From: Candidatus Nealsonbacteria bacterium
Lineage (GTDB): Bacteria > Patescibacteriota > Minisyncoccia > Minisyncoccales > JANBVM01
Assembly: GCA_047456295.1 (NCBI GenBank)
Contig: CP179887.1
Coordinates: 431,159 to 495,158 of the forward strand
Reading direction: 5' to 3'
DNA length: 64,000 bases
Under the pieces are notes generated by a model. That model was not told the DNA's origin and did not search any database. It saw only the letters and a program-made list of their open reading frames with translations. Below are positions 19,318 to 29,313 of this stretch, piece by piece. Made by a program: the position numbers and the translations under genes. Each line of letters begins with the position of its first letter. The first letter of the stretch is position 1.

Positions 19318-19686
19318 CTATTTCAGGACATTCTTTATCTTTTCAATAATCTCTCCCGGGGTAAAGTGAGCTTTAATTAAATAATCAACCGCTCCCATCT
19401 TCAAACCTTTTTCCACCTCTTCTTTCTGTCCAAGGTTGGACAGAATAATTATGGGAATTGAAGCTATACTTGCATCTGCCTTTATCTTTGATAAAACTTC
19501 GAAACCGTCAATGCTGGGCAGTATAAGGTCAAGCAAAACCAGGTCCGGCTTACTTTCTTTTATTTTTTTTAATCCGTCTTCTCCGTCCACTGCTTCAATT
19601 ATACTAAAACCTTCATCAGTCAGTTTTCTGGTAATAAGTTCTCTCAAGAATTTATCATCTTCAATTATTAGTATTTTAGTATCCAT
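19318..19686 (-). CDS. Single-domain response regulator (receiver only)
   Basis: 122 aa. ILIIEDD, LVLLDLILP, and a conserved K in DYLIKAHF. Confidence 0.85.
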   Translation of the reverse strand: MDTKILIIEDDKFLRELITRKLTDEGFSIIEAVDGEDGLKKIKESKPDLVLLDLILPSIDGFEVLSKIKADASIASIPIIILSNLGQKEEVEKGLKMGAVDYLIKAHFTPGEIIEKIKNVLK

Positions 19687-19723
19687 ACATTAATAATATA
19701 TTAATTTAAAAAAAGGTTAAACC

Positions 19724-20095
19724 CTACTTACCGATTTGCTTGGCTACCTTATCAAGCACCTCTTGAGGGTCAAACTCTGTCTTGATCAACCAATCCTTGG
19801 CCCCCAATTCTTTAGCCTTACCCAATTCTACTGGTTGTCCGGAATTAGAAATAATGATAATAGGAATCTTTTTTAATTCCGGATCTTTATTCATTTCTTC
19901 CATAACTTCAAAACCCCCCATCTTTGGCATAACAAGGTCCAACAAGATAATGTCGGGCTTTATCTCTCTCATTGATTTTAATCCCTCTTCTCCATTTTTA
20001 GTAACCGTGACATCATATCCTTCCTGGGTCAGCTTTTTTTCGAGAAGATTAATCATGATATCTTCATCCTCTATTAATAAAATTTTTTTAGGCAT
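19724..20095 (-). CDS. Single-domain response regulator (receiver only)
   Basis: 123 aa. ILLIEDE, IILLDLVMP, DWLIKT. Confidence 0.85.
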   Translation of the reverse strand: MPKKILLIEDEDIMINLLEKKLTQEGYDVTVTKNGEEGLKSMREIKPDIILLDLVMPKMGGFEVMEEMNKDPELKKIPIIIISNSGQPVELGKAKELGAKDWLIKTEFDPQEVLDKVAKQIGK

Positions 20096-20147
20096 ATTAA
20101 TTTAAATTATTTATATTATATATTATATCTTATAACCTTTTGAAAAA

Positions 20148-21683
20148 TTAGGCAATCTTATTTTTAGCCTTTACTGGAAGGGAAAAGTAAAAGGTTGTTC
20201 CTTTTCCTTCTTTTGACTCAAACCAGATTTTGCCTTCATGGGCCTCAATAATGTTTTTTGAGATAAAGAGCCCTAATCCTGAACCCTCGGTTTCCTTTTT
20301 CATTACATTTGCTCCCCGGAAAAACTTTGTAAACACCCTTTCCTGCTGATTCTTGGCAATTCCTATGCCTGAATCTGCCACTGAAACCACTATTTCCTTT
20401 TTATCATAAGTCAAACTGACTGTCACATTTTTGTTCTCAGGGGTATATTTTACAGCATTATCAAGGATGTTTTGAAATGCTAAACTCATCTTGTCAACAT
20501 CCATCATGACTTCCGGCATCTTCTCTTTTGGTTTTTTGAATTTAAAATTAATCTTTCTTTTCTTAATTTCCCCTTTATAAGAGTCTATCACTGTCTGAAT
20601 CAATTTAGTAATATCATATGGAGCGGGTTTATAAAGATATCTTCCTTCCTCAATCCTTGTCACATTCAAGAGGTCATTGATTAATCTAATCATTCTTTCA
20701 TTAGACCAGAAGGTTTTTTTAATAAACTCTCTCTGTTCTGAGGTTATTTTTCCCAGATCTCCATCCAATAGCATTTTTAAGGTCCATTTGATGGCTGAAA
20801 TAGGCGTCCTTAACTGGTGAGCTGTAATGGAAACAAATTCAGTCTTCATGCGCTCAACTATCTTTTCCCGGCTCACATCGTGTAAAACAATCAGGTGTCC
20901 TGCACTTTTCCCTTTTATTATTAAAGGAATGGTAGACACCTCCAGGGTAAAATTTTCTGTAACCTTTAACTCCTTTCTGAACAAGGGTTCAACTCTTCTG
21001 CCCAAGAGAGAAGCCAAGGGTCTTAATTCCGACAGGTGGAAAAATTCTGAAACAGGTTTTCCGATTAATTTTTCCTTTTCTATTCCAAAAAACTTTTCGG
21101 CCTGGGGGTTCATCAAAGATAGCTTGCCATCTTTATCAAAAAGTAAAAGTCCGTCTCTAAAACTGGTAATTATCTCCTGGGTTCTATTTTTTTCCTGCTC
21201 AGCGCTCTTCCATGCTTCTTCGGTGTCTTCCAGCATGTTCATTAAGGCAATCTGACTCTTTTTTAATTCCTCCTCTCCCTCCTTAATCTTGCTTAAATCA
21301 AAAAAACCCAAGAAATAACCAACTACATCTCCTTTTTCGTCTTTTCTTACTTTTGTAAAAACCTGAACAGGTATTTTTTTCTCTTTTCCCGAAGAAAAGC
21401 TTATTTCTCTTCCTTTGACAAATCCTTTCTCCAGGGTCTCTTTTGTCATCTCTTGAATCTTGCTTTTTTCAAACAACTTCTCAATAGGTTCTCCGATAAG
21501 CTCATAAGATTTAAGGTTAGAAAGCGCTTCAAAAGAAGGATTAACCTCTAACATTACTCCAATGGGACTGACAAAACAAATCGGCAGGGGAGAAAAATTA
21601 AAAAGATCGTGGATATAATTCTCAAGAGAAACTAAGTCGTCTGCCAAAAGAGAAGCTTTTCTGGTTTCTTCGTCTTTTACCAT
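20148..21683 (-). CDS. PAS-domain sensor histidine kinase (cytoplasmic)
   Basis: Two PAS-like segments, H-box FVSITAHQLRTP, N box LDNAVKYT, G boxes DSGIGI and GSGLGL. Confidence 0.85.
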   Translation of the reverse strand: MVKDEETRKASLLADDLVSLENYIHDLFNFSPLPICFVSPIGVMLEVNPSFEALSNLKSYELIGEPIEKLFEKSKIQEMTKETLEKGFVKGREISFSSGKEKKIPVQVFTKVRKDEKGDVVGYFLGFFDLSKIKEGEEELKKSQIALMNMLEDTEEAWKSAEQEKNRTQEIITSFRDGLLLFDKDGKLSLMNPQAEKFFGIEKEKLIGKPVSEFFHLSELRPLASLLGRRVEPLFRKELKVTENFTLEVSTIPLIIKGKSAGHLIVLHDVSREKIVERMKTEFVSITAHQLRTPISAIKWTLKMLLDGDLGKITSEQREFIKKTFWSNERMIRLINDLLNVTRIEEGRYLYKPAPYDITKLIQTVIDSYKGEIKKRKINFKFKKPKEKMPEVMMDVDKMSLAFQNILDNAVKYTPENKNVTVSLTYDKKEIVVSVADSGIGIAKNQQERVFTKFFRGANVMKKETEGSGLGLFISKNIIEAHEGKIWFESKEGKGTTFYFSLPVKAKNKIA

Positions 21684-21787
21684 TTTATTTTATGAATATT
21701 TGTAATAATTGTTATCTTAAAAGATATGCTTATATTCTATCAAATTAGAAAATTTTTAAGATCTTTTGTAAGCTCTTGGTTCGGTTT

Positions 21788-22396
21788 TCATTCCCATTTA
21801 ACCAGATATTCATGATATTCATCTCCCCTAAAAAAGCATTTAGTCTCTTCACATATTATTTTAGAAGTTTTTACTACCATTAGGACAATCCCGGAAAAAT
21901 AACCCCTTAAATAATGGCAATAAGTAGGAGAAAGATTAAAATCTTTTATTCTTATAATGGCGTACTTTTCCTTTTCATTCAGTTCAACCGGAATCAATTC
22001 TCCCTGTGTCCAGTGTTTTCTCCACATCTTTGGGGCTTCTTTTAAAACAATTCTTTTAAGAGAAAAGAAATACCTCATAAAAAGTTTAACAATAAACGAT
22101 ATCTTGGTAGCGAAAATTCCCATTTCTTTAATCTTTTCATCATCAAAATTAAAAACTTTTTTGATTGTTAAAAGAGAAATGGCTCTCAGTCCTACTGGAT
22201 AAAAATTTAAATTCTTAACCTCTTTGTATTTTATGGGAAAACCTAATTTTTCCAATTCTTCTTCCAGTTTCTTCAAACCCTCTTCTCCTTTTTCTTTGAG
22301 AATGTATTCTCCGTCTGTTTTAAAAACCACCCCCCTTACCTCACCCTTAACCTCCATTATTTTTTTGGCGGTTTCTTTATTAAGTTCTTGGTTCAT
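21788..22396 (-). CDS. Hypothetical protein, possible ligand-binding partner of the two-component genes
   Basis: 202-aa ORF in the same strand block. The C-terminal CEETKCFFRGDEYHEYLVKW vaguely resembles V4R/DUF2378-type sensor folds. Weak. Confidence 0.3.
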   Translation of the reverse strand: MNQELNKETAKKIMEVKGEVRGVVFKTDGEYILKEKGEEGLKKLEEELEKLGFPIKYKEVKNLNFYPVGLRAISLLTIKKVFNFDDEKIKEMGIFATKISFIVKLFMRYFFSLKRIVLKEAPKMWRKHWTQGELIPVELNEKEKYAIIRIKDFNLSPTYCHYLRGYFSGIVLMVVKTSKIICEETKCFFRGDEYHEYLVKWE

Positions 22397-22530
22397 ATAT
22401 ATAATATTTTTTAAAATTTTAATAGACCTTTATATTTTTAAAATCTCTAAATCTTTATTTTATTTCCACCTTATAATATATCCCTAAAGAAGATTCTCTC
22501 TTAATCCTTCAGGTTTTTTCTATTGACTCC

Positions 22531-23445
22531 TTAACCTCCTTTTTCTTCTTTTAATCTTTTTATTTCTTTTTTTAATTCCACCATTTTCATTTCTCTTCCT
22601 ACAGCAAACTTTTGAAACCTTTCCAGCTCCTGCAGCTTGTCTTGAAGTTCCTTTGTTCTCTGTTTAACCTCTCTTTCAAGTCCTTGTGCCAACTCCTCCA
22701 ACTCCCTGGTTCTGGCTTTAACCTTTATCTCTAAGGTGGCTTTGGCATCCTCTAAAGCGTTTTTTACCTCTTTAAACTCTCCCACCTTGTTTTCAAGCTC
22801 AAGGTTTAGAGTCTTTAATTTAGACTGACTCTTTGTTAAATCTTCGGTCTGGATTCTCATTCTTTCTGAGAGCCGGCTGGTAATAATAAACAGCAAAGAA
22901 AATGACGCTATTATTATGATTAAACGGCTGAGGGTACCTATGGGGTTTTTAAAAATATCCCCGCCCGCAAAAAGAGTGTAATGGGGTAAAATTTCAAGAT
23001 ATTCTAAACACGCCAAGGTAAAGAAACATGAAAGACTAATCAACACTATAAGTAAATTATACTTTTTAGGTAAAAGGAATATACCGTAAACTATAAAAAA
23101 TGTGTAAAAAAGAACCCCGATTGACTCTATGCCTCCGAGATAATGAACAATAATGGTTAATATCAGAATCTGAAGAACAAAAAATCCGAAATGAGCCTTA
23201 TTGATAATAGAAGCATCTCTTTGTCTCTTTATAAAGAAAATAAAAATAAACAGGCACAAAATCCAAAAAATAATCCAGAAATTAAACCAGAGAGAAAAAG
23301 GTATTTTTAATGCGTACCTTAATAAGATGACGATAATAAAGAAAAACACCAAGATGTTTATCACTGAACGAAGACCCCACAGCACTTTTTCCAATAAATC
23401 CTCCCTTTCCTGAACTGACAGCTCCTTTTTATTTTGTTTATCCAT
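22531..23445 (-). CDS. Polytopic membrane protein with C-terminal coiled coil (sensor-like, no kinase domain)
   Basis: About 6 hydrophobic helices, then heptad-rich RTRELEE/QRTKELQ segments of the kind seen in signalling helices. Confidence 0.4.
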   Translation of the reverse strand: MDKQNKKELSVQEREDLLEKVLWGLRSVINILVFFFIIVILLRYALKIPFSLWFNFWIIFWILCLFIFIFFIKRQRDASIINKAHFGFFVLQILILTIIVHYLGGIESIGVLFYTFFIVYGIFLLPKKYNLLIVLISLSCFFTLACLEYLEILPHYTLFAGGDIFKNPIGTLSRLIIIIASFSLLFIITSRLSERMRIQTEDLTKSQSKLKTLNLELENKVGEFKEVKNALEDAKATLEIKVKARTRELEELAQGLEREVKQRTKELQDKLQELERFQKFAVGREMKMVELKKEIKRLKEEKGG

Positions 23446-23493
23446 TTCTTCAAAAGATATTTAGATTATTAAATTAATTTATTGCTTTTTATA

Positions 23494-24444
23494 TTACAAT
23501 AATCTTAATCTCCTTTCTTTTATTATATTCTGTTCTTTTAGTCCTGGCAATCTTTTAATAAAGGTATTAAAGTCCATGTCTTTAAAGAGTTGAATAATCT
23601 TTTCTTTATCATATTTGCCCCATTGACACTTTTTTAGGTTGAAGTCAATCAAGACGTTTTTTTTAATCTCGGCCAGCTCCTTGCTAAAAAAAGCTTGCTC
23701 TTTTTGCTGAAACAGCAATTCTCTTGTTCTCGGCTTTACTTTCTCTATTTGTTTACCTTTTTTTTCCAATTGTCTGTATAGGTTTTCAATTGTTCCAAAT
23801 TCTTTTAATAAACTAATTGCTGTCTTTTCTCCTATCCCTGCCACACCTGGAATATTATCAGAAGGATCACCCCTTAATGCCCTGAAGTCAACGAGCTGGT
23901 CGGGAAGCAATCCTGAATACCTTTCCTTAACTGAATCCTTATCATATAATATGGTGTTTTTCACACCTTTTTTTAAAAGATAAACCTTTGTATGAGTATC
24001 AATCAACTGGAGAGTATCTAAGTCTCCGCTTAAGATAATTGTTTCTACTTTTGGATAAATCTGTTTTTTAGGAAATTTTTTACTGATTGTTCCGATAATG
24101 TCATCAGCCTCAAAACCTTTTTTTTCAAAGACAGGGACATTAAAGGCATTTAAAATCTCTTTTATCTTTGGTATCTGATTGTAGAGTTCTTTTGGGGTGG
24201 GTGGTCTTTTGGCTTTATACTCTTTGAATTTTTTGTGGCGAAAGGTAGGAGCAGGAAAGTCAAAACAGGCTACAATAAAGTTTGGCTGAAATTCCTTGAT
24301 TGTTTTGAAAAAAACCAATAAAAAGCCGTATACAGCATTAACCAGTTCTCCTTTTTTTGTACTCAAAGGAGGCAGGGCATGGAAAGCCCTATGAATAACC
24401 GAGTTGCTGTCAATAACGATTAATCGCTTTTTTTGTTCGGCCAT
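23494..24444 (-). CDS. Stand-alone 5'-3' exonuclease (Pol I N-terminal / FEN-like)
   Basis: LIVIDSNSVIHRAFHALP, EADDIIGT, GDLDTLQL, and H3TH GIGEKTA. Confidence 0.85.
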   Translation of the reverse strand: MAEQKKRLIVIDSNSVIHRAFHALPPLSTKKGELVNAVYGFLLVFFKTIKEFQPNFIVACFDFPAPTFRHKKFKEYKAKRPPTPKELYNQIPKIKEILNAFNVPVFEKKGFEADDIIGTISKKFPKKQIYPKVETIILSGDLDTLQLIDTHTKVYLLKKGVKNTILYDKDSVKERYSGLLPDQLVDFRALRGDPSDNIPGVAGIGEKTAISLLKEFGTIENLYRQLEKKGKQIEKVKPRTRELLFQQKEQAFFSKELAEIKKNVLIDFNLKKCQWGKYDKEKIIQLFKDMDFNTFIKRLPGLKEQNIIKERRLRLL

Positions 24445-24887
24445 CTTATTGTGATATTTCTTTTGTTTTTATTATTAAAGGTAAAGGTGATAAAGATTGT
24501 GTTTTTGGGTAGGGTTTTCAAGATGTTGTCAGCCCACTCAACAGCAACAATGCTTTTAGAATCAGAAACAATTTTTCTAAAACCCAAATCTAAAATCTCT
24601 TTTACGTTTTTAATCCTGTAGCAATCAATGTGATAGAAAAATTTAAAGTCAGGATTTTGCACCTTAAACTTTTTCAAAATAACAAAGGTTGGGCTCAAAA
24701 TCCTTTTTTTAATTCCCAATCCCCTGGCAAAACCCTGTAAAAAGGTTGTTTTTCCTCCTCCTAATTCTCCTTGCAAAGCCAAGACCTGAGCTCTTGTTCC
24801 TTTTTTTTCTTTAAGTATTTTTTTTGACAGGACTTCCCCCAGTTTTTTGGTTTGAGAAGGATTATTGGTTATTTTTTTCAATATCAT
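24420..24887 (-). CDS. tsaE: tRNA t6A biosynthesis ATPase TsaE
   Basis: LQGELGGGKTTFLQGFARGLG, SPTF, HIDCYR. Confidence 0.8.
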   Translation of the reverse strand: MILKKITNNPSQTKKLGEVLSKKILKEKKGTRAQVLALQGELGGGKTTFLQGFARGLGIKKRILSPTFVILKKFKVQNPDFKFFYHIDCYRIKNVKEILDLGFRKIVSDSKSIVAVEWADNILKTLPKNTIFITFTFNNKNKRNITIRWPNKKSD

Positions 24888-24995
24888 TTAATCTATCAAT
24901 AAAATAAATACATTTTTGATTTTATTAAAAGATTGACTTTTAAACAAGAATAATATAAATTCAATTAATCAACCCTTAGACTATTTTAAACTTTT

Positions 24996-26333
24996 ATGCC
25001 CAGTATTTCAAAAAAAATCACGGGCCAAGTAATAATTTCTCCTGATGTTTTGCTTGAGGTTCAAAAAGAGATAAAAAACATTACCGGGTTTAAGGAAAAG
25101 ATTGAAGCTGCCTTAGAAGGAAGGATTACCGAACTCTTGGAGATTATTTTAGCAGGAGCAATTTTATTGGATGCTTCTGATATCCATGTTGAACCCAAAG
25201 AAGAGCAGACAAAGATTCGTATCAGGGTTGACGGACTCTTACAAGACGTTTTGTTTTTAAACAGACAAACATACGAAAAACTTCTTTCAAGGATAAAGCT
25301 CCTTTCAGGTTTAAAATTAAATATTGACGATCGCCCCCAGGATGGGCGTTTTTCTATTTCTGTGCCAGAAAATACCCAGCAAACCATATCAAAATCTTAT
25401 TCAATAGAAATCAGGACATCTACCTTGCCAGCTGAATATGGAGAAACAGTTGTTCTTAGAATCTTAAACCCCAAGAGTTTAATTAATCTTGAGGCCTTGG
25501 GACTAAGGAATGATTTGTTGAAAATCTTTAATAAACAGATAAAACAACCCAATGGAATGATTATTGTAACAGGCCCTACTGGCTCTGGTAAAACCACCAC
25601 CCTTTATGCTTTCTTAAAAGAAATCCAAAAACCAGAAAGTAAGATAATCACCATTGAAGACCCTATTGAATATCATTTAAAAGGAATCTCCCAGACCCAG
25701 GTAAATCCTACCAAGGGTTATGATTTTGCCAATGGCTTAAGGTCTATTATGCGCCAAGATCCTGACGTGGTCTTGGTAGGAGAAATCAGGGATCTGGAAA
25801 CAGCCAGTATTGCTCTTCAGGCTGCTTTAACCGGACACCTTGTCTTCACCACCTTACATACCAATGATGCTGCAGGAACAGTAGCCAGGATACAGGCCTT
25901 AGGGGAAAAAGCCATTAATATAGCCCCTGCCATAAACATGGCTGTTGCTCAAAGACTTATTAGAAAGGTTTGTAAAAAATGCCTTAAAAAGGAAAGGGTT
26001 TCTTCTTCTGTTTTAGAAAAATTAAAAGAATCCTTAAAAGGTCTTCCAAAGGAAATTAAAATCCCGAAATTAGGACCTGAATTAAAGATTCCCAAGGCTG
26101 TGGGGTGTAAAGAATGCAATTCTACAGGTTATCGGGGAAGAATCGCTATATTTGAAGCTTTTTTAATTGACGATGAGTTAGAAAAATTCATATTAACCTC
26201 ACCTTCTGTTGCTGCTTTGAGAGAAAAAGCAATAGAAAAAGGAATGATAACCATATATCAGGACGCTATAATAAGGGTTTTAGAAGGAATAACCACCATT
26301 GAAGAGGTGGAAAGAATAACAGGCGAACAATAA
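24996..26333 (+). CDS. Type II/IV secretion ATPase (PilB/GspE family)
   Basis: Walker A GPTGSGKTTT, Asp box, Walker B VVLVGEIRD, His box TGHLVFTTLHTN, tetracysteine CKKC...CKEC. Confidence 0.85.
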   Translation: MPSISKKITGQVIISPDVLLEVQKEIKNITGFKEKIEAALEGRITELLEIILAGAILLDASDIHVEPKEEQTKIRIRVDGLLQDVLFLNRQTYEKLLSRIKLLSGLKLNIDDRPQDGRFSISVPENTQQTISKSYSIEIRTSTLPAEYGETVVLRILNPKSLINLEALGLRNDLLKIFNKQIKQPNGMIIVTGPTGSGKTTTLYAFLKEIQKPESKIITIEDPIEYHLKGISQTQVNPTKGYDFANGLRSIMRQDPDVVLVGEIRDLETASIALQAALTGHLVFTTLHTNDAAGTVARIQALGEKAINIAPAINMAVAQRLIRKVCKKCLKKERVSSSVLEKLKESLKGLPKEIKIPKLGPELKIPKAVGCKECNSTGYRGRIAIFEAFLIDDELEKFILTSPSVAALREKAIEKGMITIYQDAIIRVLEGITTIEEVERITGEQ

Positions 26334-26336
26334 AAA

Positions 26337-26458
26337 GCCCCGAGGCTGGGGGTCAACTTAGGTATTAGGAACACAAAGCTTAGAATTTTTCCGAGGAGTA
26401 GCTTCGCCATAGCCAAGCTATCCGGCTGAGAAAAACTCCCAACCCCCAGCCCTGAGGC
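26337..26458. other. Long-stem structured intergenic element (unclassified)
   Basis: GCCCCGAGGCTGGGGGT (26337..) pairs with ACCCCCAGCCCTGAGGC (..26458): 17 positions with 2 mismatches and 1 wobble. It encloses about 88 nt that include the hairpin GGAGTAGCTT-cgccatagcc-AAGCTATCC. A T-run follows. Confidence 0.25.
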
Positions 26459-26486
26459 TCTATTTTCATCTTTATTTTAATATAGT

Positions 26487-27767
26487 ATGAAGAATTTGTC
26501 AAATTCTCCAGGGTATCTTTCTCAAACAAGGGTTCTTTTTCGAGGATATAAAAATATATTAATAACAATCTTTCTCTTTCTTTTTTCTGCCCTATCTGTC
26601 CGGGCAGATTCTTTTTTAGATGTTGTTATTAATGAGATTGCCTGGATGGGAACGGCAGCTAACAGCGCCGATGAATGGATAGAATTATATAACAACGCTA
26701 ATCAAGATATTAATCTTGGGGGCTGGGGACTATACGAAGCTGGGGGAGAAACTTTAATTGAGCCCTTAACTGGAGTAATTAAGGCAAAATCCTATTATCT
26801 TATTGAAAGAACAGATAATACAACAATACGTGATATTCCAGCCAGCCAAGAGCCGAGTGGTTGGGGAGGTTATGGATTGAAGAACAGTGGAGAATATTTA
26901 CAACTTTTGGATAATAATTCTCAAGTAATTGATGAAGTTAATTGTTTAGATAGTTGGTTTGCAGGTGATAACGAAACCAAACAAACAATGGAAAGAAAAG
27001 ATCCCCAACTTCCAGGAAATAGTCCTGAAAACTGGCAAACCTCTAAGAATCCTGGCGGAACGCCAAAAGCAAAAAATGATATTTTAGAGAAAACAGAACC
27101 TCAATCAGGGCCTACTCAAGAATCCAAGAAAGAGCCTGAATTAAAGGTTTATCCTACGGGCATTGTCTTTAACGAAATTCTACCCTCTCCTGTTGGGCCT
27201 GATAAAGAAGAAGAATGGATTGAGATTCTAAACCACAACAGTATTGATGTTGATTTGTCTGGTTGGAAAATCTCAGACACTCTTGGGGTTGTTAAAACAT
27301 ATATTTTTCCCGAAGGGACAAAAATTAAAACTGGTGGTTTTTTAGTTCTCTGGCGAACAGAAACAAAAATTACTTTAAATAATGATGGCGACAAGTTAAA
27401 CCTTATACATCCTGATGATAAAGTAATAAATAGCGTGGTTTATGAAAAAGCTCCTCGGGGACAATCCTTCAATCTCACAGATTCTACATGGGTTTGGAGT
27501 AATACGCTTACTCCGGGAAGTGAAAATATTATACCGTCTCCTGAAATTTTAAAAGATAAAGAACAAGGCCAATCTCAAGATAAAACCTTTGAAAAATCAA
27601 CACAAGACGTTGAACAAAACAAACAAGAATTAACCGCCACAATCCCTTCCTTTACCAAAAATATCTTTAAGTCTTCAGGTATCTTTTTTACTGCCTTATT
27701 TATTGCTGTGTTCTCAGGAATAATAATCCTAATTCTTAAAAAGAAAATCAAAAAACAGCAACAATAA
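26487..27767 (+). CDS. Secreted, C-terminally anchored protein with two lamin-tail (LTD) domains
   Basis: Signal peptide. Two copies of the LTD-like core (VVINEIAWMGT..ADEWIELYN and IVFNEILPSP...EEWIEILN). C-terminal hydrophobic helix plus KKKIKK. Confidence 0.7.
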   Translation: MKNLSNSPGYLSQTRVLFRGYKNILITIFLFLFSALSVRADSFLDVVINEIAWMGTAANSADEWIELYNNANQDINLGGWGLYEAGGETLIEPLTGVIKAKSYYLIERTDNTTIRDIPASQEPSGWGGYGLKNSGEYLQLLDNNSQVIDEVNCLDSWFAGDNETKQTMERKDPQLPGNSPENWQTSKNPGGTPKAKNDILEKTEPQSGPTQESKKEPELKVYPTGIVFNEILPSPVGPDKEEEWIEILNHNSIDVDLSGWKISDTLGVVKTYIFPEGTKIKTGGFLVLWRTETKITLNNDGDKLNLIHPDDKVINSVVYEKAPRGQSFNLTDSTWVWSNTLTPGSENIIPSPEILKDKEQGQSQDKTFEKSTQDVEQNKQELTATIPSFTKNIFKSSGIFFTALFIAVFSGIIILILKKKIKKQQQ

Positions 27768-27811
27768 TTCAAGATTGATTTTTAAAGAAAAATAAACTAT
27801 ACTCAAATATT

Positions 27812-28546
27812 ATGTCAGGACACTCGCATGCCAAAACAGTAAAACACAAAAAAGAACTTAGCGCCAAAAAGAGGGGTCAGATTTTCTCTAAAATGGCTAG
27901 GTTAATTTCAGTTGCAGTAAAAGAAGGAGGTTCCAATCCTGATATTAATGCCAAACTACGAATGGCTATTGAAACAGCCCGTTATTATAAGATGCCCAAC
28001 AGTAATATTGAACGGGCAATAAAGAGAGGGAGCGGTGAATTGACAGGAGGAAAACTGGAAGAATTTCTTTTTGAGGCCTACGGTCCAGGTGGAACTGCCC
28101 TTCTTATTGAAGGAATCACTGATAATAAAAACCGGGCCCTGGGAGATGTTAAAAAAACCTTAAACCAGCATAATGGGAAAATGGTTGGAGAAGGAGCGGT
28201 AAGATGGATGTTTGAAAGAAAAGGATGTATAACCGTAAACCTTAAAAAACAAACCGAAGACCTACAAGATAAAGAAAAGCTAGAATTACAAGTAATTGAG
28301 TCTGGAGCTGAAGACGTTCAGTGGAACAATGATGATATGGATATCTATATCAGTGTTGAGGATTTAGAAAAAACAAAAAAGGTTTTAGAGCAAAAAGGCA
28401 TTAAAATCGAATCAAGCACCTTGGACTGGAAACCAAAAGAAACACTTAAACTAACAGAAAAAGACAAAGCTTCTTGTGTAAAACTTTTTGATGCTTTAGA
28501 TGAAAATGATAATGTTCAAGATATTTATTCTAATTTTAAATTATGA
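27812..28546 (+). CDS. yebC: YebC/PmpR family transcriptional regulator
   Basis: MSGHSHAKTVKHKK start and colinear YebC pattern. Confidence 0.9.
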   Translation: MSGHSHAKTVKHKKELSAKKRGQIFSKMARLISVAVKEGGSNPDINAKLRMAIETARYYKMPNSNIERAIKRGSGELTGGKLEEFLFEAYGPGGTALLIEGITDNKNRALGDVKKTLNQHNGKMVGEGAVRWMFERKGCITVNLKKQTEDLQDKEKLELQVIESGAEDVQWNNDDMDIYISVEDLEKTKKVLEQKGIKIESSTLDWKPKETLKLTEKDKASCVKLFDALDENDNVQDIYSNFKL

Positions 28547-29010
28547 TTATTCTGGGCATTGATCCTGGAACAGCCAGAACAGGTTATGGGATTATAAAAA
28601 AATCAAGGTTTTTAAAGTGTATAGATTATAATGTAATCTATACCAAACCTAATCCAAACGCAGGAAAACGTTTAAAAGAAATAAATAACAAGCTCTCTAA
28701 AATAATTAAAAAATATCAACCAGATATTTTAGCAATAGAAAACGTTTATTTTTTTAAAAATTTAAAGACAGCCATTCCTGTTTCTCAGGCAAAGGGAGCA
28801 ATTCTTTTGACAGCTGCAAAAAAGAACCTTCCTGTTTACGAATTCTCCCCTCTCCAGGTAAAACTGGCAGTCACCGGGAACGGACGGGCAGACAAGAAAG
28901 AGGTTCAGGAAAAAGTAAAAGAGATGCTTAAACTGAAAGAAATCCCAAAACCAGATGATGCAGCCGATGCCCTGGCCATTGCCATCACCTACCTTTTAAA
29001 AGAAGCTTAA
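28543..29010 (+). CDS. ruvC: Holliday junction resolvase RuvC
   Basis: ILGIDPGTARTGYG, AIENVYF, DAADALAIA. 4-nt overlap with yebC. Confidence 0.9.
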   Translation: MIILGIDPGTARTGYGIIKKSRFLKCIDYNVIYTKPNPNAGKRLKEINNKLSKIIKKYQPDILAIENVYFFKNLKTAIPVSQAKGAILLTAAKKNLPVYEFSPLQVKLAVTGNGRADKKEVQEKVKEMLKLKEIPKPDDAADALAIAITYLLKEA

Positions 29011-29038
29011 GAATTCTCTCTTTAAAACTTAAGAGGTC

Positions 29039-29066
29039 TTGACAAGGTTACTTGAACGCTTATAAT
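29039..29066 (+). promoter_or_regulatory. Near-consensus sigma70-type promoter
   Basis: TTGACA (29039..29044), 16-nt spacer, TATAAT (29061..29066). Confidence 0.5.
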
Positions 29067-29137
29067 ACTTTTTAAGATTCCCTAAAAACAGGGGTCAAAG
29101 GTCGGAAAATTAAAAAGTATCCAAAAGCATAAACATC

Positions 29138-29260
29138 ATGGCTTACGAAGACGAATTTTCCACTTACTCTGCTGGAGAAGATTACAACGAAGAGCCAGAA
29201 GATGAGTTGGATGAAAAGCCAGAAGATGAAGAACTTGACGACGAATTTAGTGAAGATTAA
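29138..29260 (+). CDS. 40-aa extremely acidic micro-protein (candidate)
   Basis: Below the ORF-track cutoff. Own translation: MAYEDEFSTYSAGEDYNEEPEDELDEKPEDEELDDEFSED. Bracketed by a consensus promoter and a hairpin terminator. No clear SD. Confidence 0.4.
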   Translation: MAYEDEFSTYSAGEDYNEEPEDELDEKPEDEELDDEFSED

Positions 29261-29262
29261 TT

Positions 29263-29285
29263 AAAACCCCTTATTAAGGGGTTTT
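29263..29285. terminator. Bidirectional intrinsic terminator
   Basis: AAAACCCCTTATTAAGGGGTTTT between the convergent micro-ORF and tyrS. Confidence 0.6.
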
Positions 29286-29313
29286 AAACTTCAAGATAGT
29301 TTTTATTTGGTTT

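Noticed and set aside
19318-21683. Two receiver-only regulators plus a PAS kinase as an unusual system
   Set aside because: This is a common arrangement (CheY-like single-domain regulators with a soluble kinase), and nothing in the sequence sets it apart.
26380-26568. 62-aa minus-strand ORF
   Set aside because: It overlaps the structured intergenic element and the 5' end of the LTD gene on the opposite strand, and there is no SD.
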